DNA from: Actinomycetota bacterium
Lineage (GTDB): Bacteria > Actinomycetota > Acidimicrobiia > Spongiisociales > ZC4RG35
DNA: 64,000 bases
NCBI GenBank assembly: GCA_052390035.1
Contig: JBQTHI010000044.1
Location: 6,797-70,796 of the forward strand
Reading direction: 5' to 3'
Shown here: in pieces, positions 1 through 10,801 of the stretch
How positions within the stretch are numbered: the stretch's first letter is position 1
Layout: each line of letters begins with the position of its first letter
The notes under the pieces: generated by a model
Seen by the model: only the letters and a program-made list of their open reading frames with translations
Database searches by the model: none
What the model was told of the DNA's origin: nothing
Made by a program: the position numbers and the translations under genes

Positions 1-1492
1 GGCCGGCTTTTTTGCTCTCGGGGTGGCCAAAGCGACTGGCAAAGCTGCCGTCGCCATCACCACTTCCGGCACTGCAACCGCCAACCTGTTCCCGGCGGTG
101 GTCGAGGCGGATCAAGTTAACGTCCCTTTGGTCGTCATCACGGCCGATCGACCTCATGAACTGCGCAACACCGGGGCGAATCAGACGATCGACCAGGTCA
201 AGCTGTATGGCGACAAGGTGCGGCTATTCGCCGACCTGCCGGTTGGGTCCGACCGGGCGGGTGAGCCGGGTTTCTGGCGGTCAACCGTCTGCCAACTGCT
301 CGCTGCCGCCGCCGGAGTTCACGGTCGGGGGGGCCCGGTCCACCTGAACGTTTGTTTCGACGAGCCAGTGGTGCCGGTGAGCGATGACGGACGGGTAGCG
401 GTGACGCCCTACTCCACTGACATCGCCGGAAGGTCCGACGGCGCCCCCTGGACGATGATCGAATCGTCTCCCGATGACACCCCCAAATTCAAGGTGGAGG
501 GCCGAGTGCTGGTGGTGGCGGGTGCCGGCACCAGACCCCAGGTCGTAACCGAAGCACTGGCGGCGGGATGTGTGGTCATCGCCGAGGGGCACAGCGGAAC
601 GCGGGTTCCTGGGACGATCAGCACCGCCCACCACCTCCTGGCCTCGTCTGAAGTGGGCAAACGAATGGCCCCCGAGCGGGCGGTGCTGTTGGGCCGGGTC
701 GGGTTGTCACGTAACCTCTCCGCCTTTCTTGGACAGGTGCCAAGCAGGGTTTCGACGGGGGAAGATTGGACGGACCCCGATCGGTCGGCGACGGGGCTGG
801 CCGGCATTGGCGGTTTTGAAGCGATCCAGCCGGATCAGGAGTGGGCACAAGGTTGGGCGGGACTCGAATCGGCCGCCCGCTCAGTCATAGACCGCACACT
901 CGACAGTGACGAGCGTCCGAGTGAGCCCCGGACCGCCCGCGATGTCTACGCGGCGGTTCCCGGGGGGTGCCTACTGGTGGTCGGTTCCTCGATGCCCGTT
1001 CGTGACGTCGATTGGTTTGCTGCCCCCCGGGAACCGGTGACGGTGGTCTCCAACCGGGGAGCGGCGGGTATCGACGGGATCATCGCCTTGGGCATGGGCG
1101 CCGGGACGGGGGCGACGGGGACGGTGGTCTTGGCCGGAGACCTTTCGATCCTCCACGACCAGAACGCCTTCCTGATCGAACCCCGGCCCGACCTGGTTGT
1201 CGTCAACGTCAACAATCAGGGTGGAGGGATATTTGCGTTCCTGCCCCAGGCTGCCTTCCCGGAACATTTCCAGCGGGTCTTCGCTACGCCTCGACCGGTC
1301 AGCTTCCCCGCTCTGTGCTCTGTTTATGGGTTGACCCACCACGCCCTGGGGTCGGCCCCGGACCTGCCGGGTAAGATCGCCGCGGCCATCGCCGCCGGCG
1401 GGAGCCATATGATCGAGGTGCGAACCGACCAGGTGGCCAACGTTGCCCTTCACCGCGAGCTGACCGCGGCGGTGGTGAGCGCTGTCGAATGA
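1..1492 (+). CDS. menD: 2-succinyl-5-enolpyruvyl-6-hydroxy-3-cyclohexene-1-carboxylate synthase (MenD), 5'-truncated at window edge
   Basis: The ORF at 23..1492 is open to the window start. The sequence is TPP-enzyme-like (AVAITTSGTATANL...VVITADRPHELRNTGANQTIDQ). It sits next to menF. Confidence 0.75.
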   Translation, partial: AGFFALGVAKATGKAAVAITTSGTATANLFPAVVEADQVNVPLVVITADRPHELRNTGANQTIDQVKLYGDKVRLFADLPVGSDRAGEPGFWRSTVCQLLAAAAGVHGRGGPVHLNVCFDEPVVPVSDDGRVAVTPYSTDIAGRSDGAPWTMIESSPDDTPKFKVEGRVLVVAGAGTRPQVVTEALAAGCVVIAEGHSGTRVPGTISTAHHLLASSEVGKRMAPERAVLLGRVGLSRNLSAFLGQVPSRVSTGEDWTDPDRSATGLAGIGGFEAIQPDQEWAQGWAGLESAARSVIDRTLDSDERPSEPRTARDVYAAVPGGCLLVVGSSMPVRDVDWFAAPREPVTVVSNRGAAGIDGIIALGMGAGTGATGTVVLAGDLSILHDQNAFLIEPRPDLVVVNVNNQGGGIFAFLPQAAFPEHFQRVFATPRPVSFPALCSVYGLTHHALGSAPDLPGKIAAAIAAGGSHMIEVRTDQVANVALHRELTAAVVSAVE

Positions 1493-1499
1493 CTCCCCT

Positions 1500-2696
1500 T
1501 CAATCCAGGGCCGAGAGCATGGCCGTCAGCTTGAGGCGGGTCTCCTCCAACTCGTCCTCGGGGACCGAGCCCGCCACCAGCCCATTCCCCGCGAAGAGGC
1601 GCGCCCTCGCCCCCGACAACTCCGCACAGCGCAAGGCGATGGCGAACTCTCCATCCCCGGACGGTTCGACCCAACCCACCGGCCCTGCGTACCTGCCTCG
1701 CTCCATTCCTTCCAGTCGGGTGATCAACACGAGCGCCGCCCGAGTGGGAACTCCACCGACGGCCGGCGTCGGGTGGAGTGCATCCACCAGCTCCAGCAGG
1801 TGACGGGGATGACTCAACGTGCCGGAGAAGGGAGTGGCCAAATGCTGGAGGTTGGCCAGTTTGAGCAACTCGGGTTGGTGGGGATGACTCAAATCCGCAG
1901 CAAATGACGAAAGGATGGTCCCGACCTCCTCGGCCGCCAGTCGATGCTCGAGCAGGGTCTTCTCCGAGGTCAGCAGGTTCTTGGCGATAAGGTGATCTTC
2001 CTCGTCGGTAGCACCCCGGGGGGCCGTACCGGCAAGGGTCACCGCCCGCAGGCGCGAGCCCTGCCGGCTGACGAGCAGCTCCGGGGAGGCTCCGACCAGT
2101 CCTTCGATTAGGAAGGTGTAGCAATTGGGGAACCGGTGGTGGAGACGCTCCAACACGCGGTGCGGTTCGAATGGCTGCTTGGACCAGAGGGCGTAGTCAC
2201 GGGCCAGGACCACCTTTTCGACCTCGCCCGCGGCGATGAGCCTCCCAACCTCGGCGACCGCTTCGAGCCAGAGGTGGTCGGGGAGCGACGACCCGGCAAA
2301 TCGCGCCCGATCACCGCTCGCCGCCACACCGGGCGGGGGATGGTCGAGGAACTCAGTGTTAGCTCCGTCAACGGTAACCGTCCACGCCCGATCGCCCCGG
2401 ATGGCCACGACCACCTCCGGGACTAGAAGCACAGATTCGGGAGATTCGGGGTCGAAGGTGAAGCTTCCAAAGGCAATGGGGGCGAGGCCGGCGTCTCCCT
2501 CGAGCCGGTGGCGGTCCGCCCATTCGGCCAGCGAGGCCTGGGCTCGGCGTATTCGGTCAGGTCCGGTGCCGACACCGAGCCGAAGTTTCGTTCCAAACCC
2601 GGCGAAGGTCACGTCGGGTGAGATCCACACCGTGTGGGGCCGATGTGCCAGGAGGTTTAAAGGCAGGCTCTCGAGCGCCTGGACGCTGATGGTCAT
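1500..2696 (-). CDS. menF: isochorismate synthase (chorismate-binding enzyme)
   Basis: 398 aa. The C-terminal region carries the chorismate-binding fold motifs (GTAPRG...ELLKLANLQHL...PTPAVGG...GRYAGPVGW). It is convergent with menD. Confidence 0.75.
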   Translation of the reverse strand: MTISVQALESLPLNLLAHRPHTVWISPDVTFAGFGTKLRLGVGTGPDRIRRAQASLAEWADRHRLEGDAGLAPIAFGSFTFDPESPESVLLVPEVVVAIRGDRAWTVTVDGANTEFLDHPPPGVAASGDRARFAGSSLPDHLWLEAVAEVGRLIAAGEVEKVVLARDYALWSKQPFEPHRVLERLHHRFPNCYTFLIEGLVGASPELLVSRQGSRLRAVTLAGTAPRGATDEEDHLIAKNLLTSEKTLLEHRLAAEEVGTILSSFAADLSHPHQPELLKLANLQHLATPFSGTLSHPRHLLELVDALHPTPAVGGVPTRAALVLITRLEGMERGRYAGPVGWVEPSGDGEFAIALRCAELSGARARLFAGNGLVAGSVPEDELEETRLKLTAMLSALD

Positions 2697-3193
2697 TGCT
2701 GCAACCTTCTCCGGGCCTTCTCGAGCAACAGCGCCCGAAAGTGGTGGTCGACCAGCCGACCGGTGGCGGGCAACATCGTTGTAAAGGCCTCGACCAATCT
2801 CGCTCCGGCATCAGCGTCGGTGGTACCGCTGGCTCCGACCGAGTCTCGGACGAAGCGGGCGAAGACCTCAACGGCCTTGTCAGCCACCGGCTGCATCGCC
2901 GCATCCATTCTCCTCGCCAGGTCCAGCAACTCGCCGAGGGGAAGCCCGACCTCTACCAACGACAGCCCGGCTTTGACCGGCTCGATGTCGGCTGGGTCGA
3001 AAAGCGGCTGCGGTTCGGTCGTCCGCGGTGTCAGAAAGCCTTCACGGATGATGACCTCGAGAAGGGCGGGGGAGAGGCTGGTGGCAGCCGCCAGCTGCTC
3101 CATGGTCAAAAGATCGGTGCGAGCGGGTTGGTCGAGCGCGGTGAGGAGGGCTTGATCCCACGGGTCGAGCAGGTTTCCGTTGTTAGAGGTCAC
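2693..3193 (-). CDS. hypothetical protein with MerR-like HTH segment
   Basis: 166 aa. The LTMEQLAAATSLSPALLEVIIREGFL segment resembles a MerR-type HTH. Its stop overlaps the menF start (ATGA), which suggests translational coupling. Confidence 0.35.
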   Translation of the reverse strand: MTSNNGNLLDPWDQALLTALDQPARTDLLTMEQLAAATSLSPALLEVIIREGFLTPRTTEPQPLFDPADIEPVKAGLSLVEVGLPLGELLDLARRMDAAMQPVADKAVEVFARFVRDSVGASGTTDADAGARLVEAFTTMLPATGRLVDHHFRALLLEKARRRLQQ

Positions 3194-3211
3194 AACCGGC
3201 CGATCACATCG

Positions 3212-4021
3212 TCAGGTTACGGCGGCAACCGTGCCGTTCCACCCGGCGAGCGCTCTCCCACCGATCAGGGACTTCACGGCTTGGCCGGTCCGGTTGGCCG
3301 ATCCGGTCGCTCGAAGTTGGAGGCGGCCTCCTCTTTTCCTCGAGCCGTAGGCGACCTGGCCCGACATCCGCCGGACCCAAATCCGCTCAACCTGGCGCCC
3401 CACGGCCGGCGACGGGTCGACGACTACAACCTGAGCACCGGCTCGCTCGGCGATGAGCGGCTCGAGGAACGGGTAATGGGTGCAGCCGAGGACAAGCGTG
3501 TCGGCACCGGCAGCCAGCACGGGGTCGAGCCGGTCGGCAATCAGATCGGCGGCTTCGGGCCCGCTCACTCGACCCGTTTCAACCAAATCGGCCCAACCGG
3601 GACATGGCTGGGCGAAAACTTCTACTTCACCTCCGAACCGTCCGACCACCGAACCGAACAGCTCTCCCTGAAAGGTGGCGGTGGTGGCGAGCACCCCGAC
3701 CACCCCGCTTCTCGTCAGAGCCGCCGCCGGCTTCAGGGCCGGCTCCATGCCTACGAAAGGAATCCCAGGATGATCGGCGCGGAGCCGGTGCAGGGCCGCG
3801 GCCGACGCGGTGTTGCAGGCAACGACGATCACTTCGGCTCCGGCAGCGAGCAGCCGGTTCACACAACGTTCGGCGAGTTCGGCTACTTCGGCGAGCGAGC
3901 GAGACCCGTAGGGAGCGTTGGCCGTGTCAGCCAGATAGACCAGGTCGGCGGCAGGAAGCCGCCGCCGAACATGCAGGAGGACCGAGAGGCCTCCTACCCC
4001 GGAGTCAAACATGCCGATCAT
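3212..4021 (-). CDS. murI: glutamate racemase
   Basis: Motifs FDSGVGGLSV, VVACNTAS and GCTHYP are present. The start is trimmed to MIGMFDSG; the track ORF extends to 4060. Confidence 0.85.
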   Translation of the reverse strand: MIGMFDSGVGGLSVLLHVRRRLPAADLVYLADTANAPYGSRSLAEVAELAERCVNRLLAAGAEVIVVACNTASAAALHRLRADHPGIPFVGMEPALKPAAALTRSGVVGVLATTATFQGELFGSVVGRFGGEVEVFAQPCPGWADLVETGRVSGPEAADLIADRLDPVLAAGADTLVLGCTHYPFLEPLIAERAGAQVVVVDPSPAVGRQVERIWVRRMSGQVAYGSRKRGGRLQLRATGSANRTGQAVKSLIGGRALAGWNGTVAAVT

Positions 4022-4074
4022 GGCGAGACGCGCCAGGAGTATCGTCGCCCCCCGTCCCAAAGGAGGCTTTGTTC

Positions 4075-4836
4075 ATGGATCTAAACGGGGTGTCTGCCAT
4101 CGTGACCGGGGGAGCCTCCGGCCTAGGCGCAGCCACCGTCAGGCGCTTGGCCAAGGCAGGCGCGACGGTCGTGATCGCAGATTTGCAGGACGAAAAAGGT
4201 GAGGCTCTCGCCGCCGAAGTGGGCGGTGCCTACGTTCATGCCGATGTGACCAACAACGATGAGGTGCAGGCGGCGGTGGAGAGCGCGATGTCATCGGCGC
4301 CGCTGCGAGCGGTGGTCAACTGCGCCGGGATCGGCCCTCCGGCCCGCACCCTCAACCGGGATGGCAGCCCGCACGACATCGGGCACTTCCGCACGGTGAT
4401 CGAAATCAACCTCCTTGGAACCTTCAATGTGATCCGCCTGGCGGCCTCTGCCATGTCCACTGGCGCTGCGCTGGACAACGGGCAGCGAGGAGCGATCGTC
4501 AACACCGCCTCGGTGGCTGCCTTTGACGGCCAGATCGGACAGGCCGCTTATTCGGCGTCCAAAGGCGGCATCGTCGGGATGACCCTTCCGATCGCACGCG
4601 ACCTCTCGGCGGTGGGTATCCGGGTGAACACCATCGCCCCCGGAATCATCGACACCCCGCTTCTGGCGGGGCTGCCCGAACCGGCGCGAATCTCCCTCGG
4701 TGAGCAGGTGCTCTTCCCCAAGCGTCTAGGCCAACCGGAGGAATACGCCGAGCTCGCCTACTTCCTCCTCACCCACGATTACATGAACGCCGAGTCGGTC
4801 CGTATGGACGGGGGCATCCGGATGGGGCCCAAATGA
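4075..4836 (+). CDS. short-chain dehydrogenase/reductase, 3-hydroxyacyl-CoA dehydrogenase type-2-like
   Basis: ATG at 4075 is preceded by an AAAGGAGG RBS. The sequence has TGGASGLG and Y-x3-K (YSASK) motifs. The upstream Arg-rich extension in the track ORF (3604..) is rejected as non-coding. Confidence 0.75.
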   Translation: MDLNGVSAIVTGGASGLGAATVRRLAKAGATVVIADLQDEKGEALAAEVGGAYVHADVTNNDEVQAAVESAMSSAPLRAVVNCAGIGPPARTLNRDGSPHDIGHFRTVIEINLLGTFNVIRLAASAMSTGAALDNGQRGAIVNTASVAAFDGQIGQAAYSASKGGIVGMTLPIARDLSAVGIRVNTIAPGIIDTPLLAGLPEPARISLGEQVLFPKRLGQPEEYAELAYFLLTHDYMNAESVRMDGGIRMGPK

Positions 4837-4840
4837 ACCG

Positions 4841-5266
4841 TTAGGCGACGAGAGCGGCCACCTGGCCCTTGAGGTGAGCAAGGATCGCCCCCATGCCTCT
4901 CAAGCGCTGGGGGGTGACGATCTCTTCGAGTCCCATCTTCATATAGAAGTCGCTGTCGATTGCGAGGATCGCCTCCCTGGCCTCGCCGTCAAGACCGGCG
5001 GTGAGGATGGCGGCGTAGCCGCGAACCGTGGGCGACTCGGGGGGAGCCTCGAAGAAGAGCCTCACGACTCCATTCTCGAGCCGGGTCGCAAGAAAGAAAG
5101 GGGTCTGGCACTCGTGGACCTGTTCCATGTCGGCCCGACTATCGGCGTACTCGGGAGGTAGCTCCGGGAGACGCTTCGCAAAGTCGAGCATGGCCTCCAG
5201 CCTGAACTGTTTGGGTGAAGAGGCGAAGATCTCGACAATCTGGGCGAGTCGTGGGGGCAGCGGCAC
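4841..5266 (-). CDS. sufE: SufE-like sulfur acceptor protein
   Basis: 141 aa. The fold is SufE-like with a conserved Cys in the HECQTPFF context. Confidence 0.65.
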   Translation of the reverse strand: MPLPPRLAQIVEIFASSPKQFRLEAMLDFAKRLPELPPEYADSRADMEQVHECQTPFFLATRLENGVVRLFFEAPPESPTVRGYAAILTAGLDGEAREAILAIDSDFYMKMGLEEIVTPQRLRGMGAILAHLKGQVAALVA

Positions 5267-5337
5267 CAGGCAATTCTAAAGGGCCTCCTGATCATTAGCA
5301 CTACGGTGATAGTGTTAAGAAACCCGAGCGAGGAGCA

Positions 5338-6219
5338 TTGATGTCAGTTGCGATCGATCCCACCTCCAAGTTCGCCACCTACGCCCACCCGAAACGTCTG
5401 GTGTCAACCGGGTGGGTGGCAGAACATCTCGACGATCCGGAAGTGGTGATCGTCGAATCCGACGAAGACGTTTTGCTGTATCACACCGGTCACGTACCAA
5501 ACGCCATCAAAATCGACTGGGTAGCCGACCTCAACGACCCGCTAATCCGTGACTATCTCGACGCCGCGCAGTTTGCCCAGCTTATGGCGAAACATGGGAT
5601 CTCACCGCAGTCAACGGTGGTCTTTTACGGCGACAACTTCAACTGGTGGGCGGCCTACGCCCTGTGGGTGTTTCAACTCTTCGGCCACGCCGACACCCGC
5701 CTCATGGATGGAGGCCGGGCGAAGTGGGTGGCGGAAGGGCGGCCGCTCCCAATCGACACGCCCTCGAAGGGGGAGGTCGCCTATCCGGTCCCTACCCGTC
5801 ACGATCGGCCGATCCGGGCCTTCCTTGCAGACGTCCTGCCCCATTCGAAGGACCGCAAACCGTTGATAGATGTGCGCTCGCCCGAGGAGTTCCGGGGGGA
5901 GCGGCTCCATATGCCCGAGTATCCCAATGAAGGCGCCCTTCGGGGCGGGCACATTCCTTCGGCGAAGAGCGTTCCTTGGAAGAGGGCGGCCAACGATGAC
6001 GGAACCTTCAAGACCGTCGAGGACCTTCGCAGCCTTTACATGGATGAGCTTGGACTCTCGGTCGATGACGACGTGATTGCCTATTGCCGGATCGGGGAGC
6101 GGTCGTCGCATACGTGGTTCGTCCTGACCCACCTGCTCGGGTTCGAAAAGGTGCGCAACTACGACGGCTCGTGGACCGAATACGGCAACGCGGTCCGGGT
6201 TCCTATCGAGCGCCCTTAG
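5338..6219 (+). CDS. thiosulfate/3-mercaptopyruvate sulfurtransferase (tandem rhodanese domains)
   Basis: 293 aa with two rhodanese domains. The active-site loop is CRIGERSS. Confidence 0.8.
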   Translation: MMSVAIDPTSKFATYAHPKRLVSTGWVAEHLDDPEVVIVESDEDVLLYHTGHVPNAIKIDWVADLNDPLIRDYLDAAQFAQLMAKHGISPQSTVVFYGDNFNWWAAYALWVFQLFGHADTRLMDGGRAKWVAEGRPLPIDTPSKGEVAYPVPTRHDRPIRAFLADVLPHSKDRKPLIDVRSPEEFRGERLHMPEYPNEGALRGGHIPSAKSVPWKRAANDDGTFKTVEDLRSLYMDELGLSVDDDVIAYCRIGERSSHTWFVLTHLLGFEKVRNYDGSWTEYGNAVRVPIERP

Positions 6220-7712
6220 GCGCGGCCCGAGGCGCGCGTAGCAAGGGCTAGCCGCTCGATGGCGTCGGTGGGAAGCAGCGACTTTAGGCGCCATGTCCAA
6301 TTGCCTTCTTCCCGACCAGGGGTGTTCATCCGTCCTTCCGATCCGATCCCGAGCAGGTCCTGGACCGGAATAACCGCCGTCGAAGCCGCCGAAGTCAAGA
6401 CCAGCTCGATCAGGTCCCAGTTGATCTCCGACCCACGACTACCCGCCGCCGCCAGCAGACGCCGGCGTCCGCGATCAAGGCGGCGACGATCGTGTCGATC
6501 GTTGATTCCCCAGAACCACCCGACGGCGGTGTCGTTGTCATGGGTTCCGGTATAGGCCACGACATCGGTCGGGTAGTTCTGCGGATGATGTATCGCCGTG
6601 TCGGGTTCCTCATCGAACCCGAACTGGGCGACCCGCATCCCCGGGAAGTGGAATTGACGGCGTAGACGGGTCACCTCGCGGGTGATGACACCGAGGTCTT
6701 CGGCGATGATCGGCATTCGGCCGTTGCCGGTCGAGATCGTTTCGAAGAGGTCGGCGCCAGGTCCTTCCACCCAGTGGCCGTTCACCGCCGTCACCTCATC
6801 GGAAGGAATCTCCCAGTAGGCGGCGAACCCGCGAAAGTGGTCGATCCGCACCAAGTCAAAACGGGCAAAGGCGGCCTGCAAACGCTCGTGCCACCAGCGG
6901 TACCCGTCAATCCGGTGGTTCTCCCAGCGATACAGGGGATTGCCCCAACGCTGACCGGTGGCCGAGAAATAGTCCGGGGGGACGCCGGCAACCACCGTCG
7001 GGCGGCCTCCGGCGTCGAGGTGGAACAGGTCGGGCATGGCCCACACGTCCGCCGAGTCATGGGCGACAAAGATCGGAAGGTCTCCAATCAGCCGGATGCC
7101 TATCGAAGAGCAGTAACGGTGCAGGCCCGCCCACTGCCGGTGGAAGAAATATTGGATCACCCTCTCGACCTCGATTCGGCCGGCCAACCTCTTGATGGCC
7201 CGGTCGAGGGCATCGGGGATGCGGAGCGCCAGGCCCGGGTGCCAGTCCACCCACGGTCTCCCCGAATACGACTGCTTGAGGGCAGCAAAGGTCGCGTAAT
7301 CCTCCAACCAGGTCGTCCGGAGGAACCGGGAATATTCGGGATCGGCCCCGGCCCGCAGAAATCGCCGCGCAGCCAAAATGAGAAGACGCGTCTTGTCAGG
7401 GATGAGGGCGCCATAGTCGACCCGGTCATCAGGAAGCCCGGTCAATGGTTCGATTTCAGACACCCTGAGCAGGCCCAGGTCGACTAGGTCGTCGAGATCG
7501 ATCATCAGCGGGTTGCCGGCGAAGGTCGAGGGCGACTGATAAGGCGAGTCCTGATAGGCGGTTGGTCCGACAGGGAGCATCTGCCAATAGGTTTGCCCCG
7601 ATGCTGCCAGCGACGTCGCGAACCGGCGTGCCGGTTCTCCGATCGTGCCTATACCGGAACCGGCCGGAAGTGAAGTGACATGGGCGAGAACTCCACTGGT
7701 GCGCCGACTCAT
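6216..7712 (-). CDS. malQ: 4-alpha-glucanotransferase (amylomaltase, GH77)
   Basis: The N-terminus [20 protein letters not shown]...[10 protein letters not shown] is typical of MalQ. Confidence 0.85.
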   Translation of the reverse strand: MSRRTSGVLAHVTSLPAGSGIGTIGEPARRFATSLAASGQTYWQMLPVGPTAYQDSPYQSPSTFAGNPLMIDLDDLVDLGLLRVSEIEPLTGLPDDRVDYGALIPDKTRLLILAARRFLRAGADPEYSRFLRTTWLEDYATFAALKQSYSGRPWVDWHPGLALRIPDALDRAIKRLAGRIEVERVIQYFFHRQWAGLHRYCSSIGIRLIGDLPIFVAHDSADVWAMPDLFHLDAGGRPTVVAGVPPDYFSATGQRWGNPLYRWENHRIDGYRWWHERLQAAFARFDLVRIDHFRGFAAYWEIPSDEVTAVNGHWVEGPGADLFETISTGNGRMPIIAEDLGVITREVTRLRRQFHFPGMRVAQFGFDEEPDTAIHHPQNYPTDVVAYTGTHDNDTAVGWFWGINDRHDRRRLDRGRRRLLAAAGSRGSEINWDLIELVLTSAASTAVIPVQDLLGIGSEGRMNTPGREEGNWTWRLKSLLPTDAIERLALATRASGRA

Positions 7713-7780
7713 GGGTGATGGCTGGGTCGACCGCTCGTCATGGGGTGCGGGAGGCTAACGGAAGCTACGGTTCAAACCTG

Positions 7781-8929
7781 ATGGGTCCACTGTCCGGGGT
7801 GCGAGTGGTCGAACTAGCGGCGATCGGACCAGTCCCCTGGGCGGGAATGGTCCTTTCGGATCTCGGGGCTGAAGTGATCCGGGTCGACCGCACCCGGCCT
7901 GCACCGCTCGACGGCCTATTCCAACCCGACTACTCCCTGCGCGGACGCCGTTCGATCGGTGTCGACTTGCATTTGCCGGAAGGGGTGGAGGTGGTGCTCC
8001 GGCTGGCATCCACGGCCGACATCTTCCTCGAAGGTTTCCGGCCCGGGGTGGTCGAAAGGCTGGGTGTGGGACCCGAGCCCTGTTTGGCTCGACGCCCCTC
8101 GCTCGTGTATGGAAGGATGACCGGATGGGGGCAGACTGGTCCCCGCTCGGGGACCGCCGGCCACGACATCACTTACCTGGCGGTGTCCGGGATTCTCTCG
8201 GCCCTCGGTCCCCCCGATTATCCCCTGGCCCCGATGAACTTGTTGGCCGATTACGGCGGTGGGGGCATGCTGCTTTTGGTGGGAGTGCTCGCCGGCTACA
8301 TCCATGCCGGCGCCAGCGGTCAAGGTCAGGTAGTCGATGCTGCCATGGTGGATGGTGTCTCCCTCCTGTCGACCGTTGTGCGCAGTGCACTGGCCTCCGG
8401 TACCTGGCGGGAACGGCGCCAATCCAACCTCCTTGACGGGGGGTGCCCCTACTACCGTACATATCGCACCGCTGACGACCGGTTTGTCGCGGTCGGCGCT
8501 CTCGAACCCCGTTTCTACGCGGCTCTTCTCGACGGGCTCGGTCTCGATCCGGCGGTCCTTCCCGATCGGGGGGACGTTTCCCGGTGGCCCGAGCTGGCAG
8601 ACCATCTCGGGACCGCCTTCGGGCGGCGAACCCTGAGCCACTGGGCAGCTGTCTTCGCCGACAGCGACGCTTGCGTGGCCCCGGTGCTGTCATTGGGCGA
8701 GGCGGCGGGGGATCCCCACCTCCGCCATCGGCTGACACTCGTCGAAGCCGAAGGAGGATGGCAGCCTGGCCCGGCCCCTCGCTTTCAGAGAACCGCTCTC
8801 GCCCCGCCGGGTCCACCACGTGTTCCGGGAGCCGACAGCACCTCCATTCTCGAGAACCTGGGATATGACGAGTCTGATATCAGTAGGCTCCTGCAAGCGC
8901 AGGTTGTCATTGGAGCACCAAGGGAGTAG
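7781..8929 (+). CDS. mcr: alpha-methylacyl-CoA racemase (family III CoA-transferase)
   Basis: MGPLSGVRVVELAAIGP...RMTGWGQTGP...DAAMVDG...DACVAPVL is collinear with mycobacterial Mcr. The start is trimmed from 7715 to the ATG at 7781. Confidence 0.75.
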   Translation: MGPLSGVRVVELAAIGPVPWAGMVLSDLGAEVIRVDRTRPAPLDGLFQPDYSLRGRRSIGVDLHLPEGVEVVLRLASTADIFLEGFRPGVVERLGVGPEPCLARRPSLVYGRMTGWGQTGPRSGTAGHDITYLAVSGILSALGPPDYPLAPMNLLADYGGGGMLLLVGVLAGYIHAGASGQGQVVDAAMVDGVSLLSTVVRSALASGTWRERRQSNLLDGGCPYYRTYRTADDRFVAVGALEPRFYAALLDGLGLDPAVLPDRGDVSRWPELADHLGTAFGRRTLSHWAAVFADSDACVAPVLSLGEAAGDPHLRHRLTLVEAEGGWQPGPAPRFQRTALAPPGPPRVPGADSTSILENLGYDESDISRLLQAQVVIGAPRE

Positions 8930-8933
8930 TCAG

Positions 8934-10778
8934 ATGGTACCGAAGAACGTCGCCGCCGAGCAGGCCCTTATCGACGCCGAGGTCGCCGGCAAGACCCTGA
9001 TCCAACTGTTCGATCGCAACGCAGTAGAACACGCCGATAAGCCTGCCATTCACTGGCGGGAGGGCGATGTTTGGCGCCATCTGAGCTGGGCGGAATACCG
9101 AAAAGCCGTTCATGAGGCCGCCGCAGGCTTCTTGTCGCTCGGCATTGCGACGGGCGACTTCGTGGCGATCATGGCGGGCAACCGGCCCGAACACGTGGTA
9201 GCCGACCTCGCCGCCATCCACACGGGAGCGGCCGGGGTAACCATCTATTCCACCCTGGCCCAAGGCCAGATCCAGTACGTGGCAGCCAACTGCGCGGCCA
9301 AGGTGGCGGTACTTGAGGACTTGACGTTCATGAAGCGCTGGGAGGCGGTGAAAGCCAACCTTCCCGACCTTCGATACGTGATCCTGATGGAGGGGGCGGA
9401 GAACTACGACACGATGGATTGGGTGCTCTCGTGGGATGAGTTGCTGCGGAGAGGCCGCCAGGCCCTTGAGTCGGATCCGGGCCTCGTCGACCGAGCCGCT
9501 GCGGAGGCACGGTCCGAAGGTCTGGCGACCCTGATCTATACATCCGGCACGACGGGTGTGCCGAAAGGCGTGATGGTCACCCATCGCAACGTGGTGTGGA
9601 CCGCCGAATGTGTGAGCAGGGGGGCGGGGCTGTCTGCCAACCCGCGGATGGTCTCTTATCTACCCCTCGCTCACATCGCCGAGCGGATGTCAACCCACTA
9701 CCTGGGGGTCTATCTGGGTGGTGAGGTCTGGTACTGCGCCGACATCGGATCGGTGCTCGACTATGTCCAAAAGGCGCGTCCCACGATATTCGTGGCGGTT
9801 CCCCGGGTTTGGGAGAAGTTCCACAGCCGGCTCCAGGCGCGGTTTCGTGAAGATCCCAGGCGGGAGAAGCTGATCAAAACGGCGGTGGATCACGGTCAGG
9901 CGATGATCCGCCAGGCGCAATCGGGAAAAGCGACGGGGTTGGTCGATCGGATCAAGCACGGTCTCTTCGAGCGGCTGATCTATTCGAAAATCAGGCACGG
10001 TCTGGGTATGGACGGTCTGGAAATAGCCATCACCGCCGCCGCACCGATCAGCCCCGACTTGATCGTCTTCTTTCGGGGCCTTGGTGTGCCCCTATTCGAG
10101 CTGTACGGGATGAGCGAAACGACCGGTCCGGCTACGAGCAACATACCCGGGGAGGAGCGAATCGGCAGTGTGGGCAAGCCCTTGCCCGGCGTGGAAGTAA
10201 CGCTCGGAGAGGACGGCGAAATCCTGATGAGAGGTGGAGTCATCACCGCCGGCTACTACAAGATGCCAGAAGACACCGCACAAACCTTCGATGCGGCCGG
10301 CTGGGTTCATTCGGGCGATCTCGGCCGGTTCGACGATGACGGATTCCTTCACATCGTCGGTCGGAAAAAGGACATCATCATCAACGCCGCCGGGAAGAAC
10401 ATCGCCCCGGCCAAGCTGGAAACGACGATGAAGAATCATCCGCTCGTCGCCCAGGCGTGCATGGTCGGTGACGGCCGCCAGTTCATGACGATGATCTTCG
10501 CCCTCGACTCCGAGGAGGCGCCCACTTGGGCACGGGACAAGGGCCTTCGGTATGAAGACATGGCCAGCTTCAGCCAGATGCCCGAGGTGCGCGCCGAGTT
10601 GCAGGGGGTGCTCGACACCGCCAATCAGGAAGTGGCCCGGGTCGAGCAAATCAAGAAGTTCGTGATCGTTCCGGACGTATGGACACCTGATAGCGGTGAG
10701 ATCACTCCGTCGCTCAAGCTCAAGCGAAACGTGGTTCTTGACCGTTACTCGGCCGCCGTCGATTCGATGTATTCCTGA
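8934..10778 (+). CDS. fadD: long-chain fatty-acid--CoA ligase (AMP-dependent synthetase)
   Basis: The AMP-binding motif TSGTTGVPKGV is present. ATG at 8934 follows an AAGGGAG RBS and lies 4 nt after the mcr stop. Confidence 0.8.
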   Translation: MVPKNVAAEQALIDAEVAGKTLIQLFDRNAVEHADKPAIHWREGDVWRHLSWAEYRKAVHEAAAGFLSLGIATGDFVAIMAGNRPEHVVADLAAIHTGAAGVTIYSTLAQGQIQYVAANCAAKVAVLEDLTFMKRWEAVKANLPDLRYVILMEGAENYDTMDWVLSWDELLRRGRQALESDPGLVDRAAAEARSEGLATLIYTSGTTGVPKGVMVTHRNVVWTAECVSRGAGLSANPRMVSYLPLAHIAERMSTHYLGVYLGGEVWYCADIGSVLDYVQKARPTIFVAVPRVWEKFHSRLQARFREDPRREKLIKTAVDHGQAMIRQAQSGKATGLVDRIKHGLFERLIYSKIRHGLGMDGLEIAITAAAPISPDLIVFFRGLGVPLFELYGMSETTGPATSNIPGEERIGSVGKPLPGVEVTLGEDGEILMRGGVITAGYYKMPEDTAQTFDAAGWVHSGDLGRFDDDGFLHIVGRKKDIIINAAGKNIAPAKLETTMKNHPLVAQACMVGDGRQFMTMIFALDSEEAPTWARDKGLRYEDMASFSQMPEVRAELQGVLDTANQEVARVEQIKKFVIVPDVWTPDSGEITPSLKLKRNVVLDRYSAAVDSMYS

Positions 10779-10801
10779 GGCTGGCGCTCATCAGGTTGGA
10801 G

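Noticed and set aside
281-807. Long antisense ORFs (e.g. 281..634-, 409..807-, 971..1453-) inside menD. Similar shadow ORFs occur throughout the window (e.g. 29527..30093-, 31648..32451-, 7916..8641-).
   Set aside because: They are fully overlapped by homology-supported genes on the opposite strand. Their translations are Arg/Pro/Gly-rich low-complexity sequence typical of high-GC shadow frames. No motifs are present.
3604-4074. 157-aa N-terminal extension of the SDR ORF (track ORF 3604..4836).
   Set aside because: The extension is Arg-rich nonsense and overlaps murI on the opposite strand. A strong RBS (AAAGGAGG) sits before ATG 4075, which gives a canonical SDR N-terminus.
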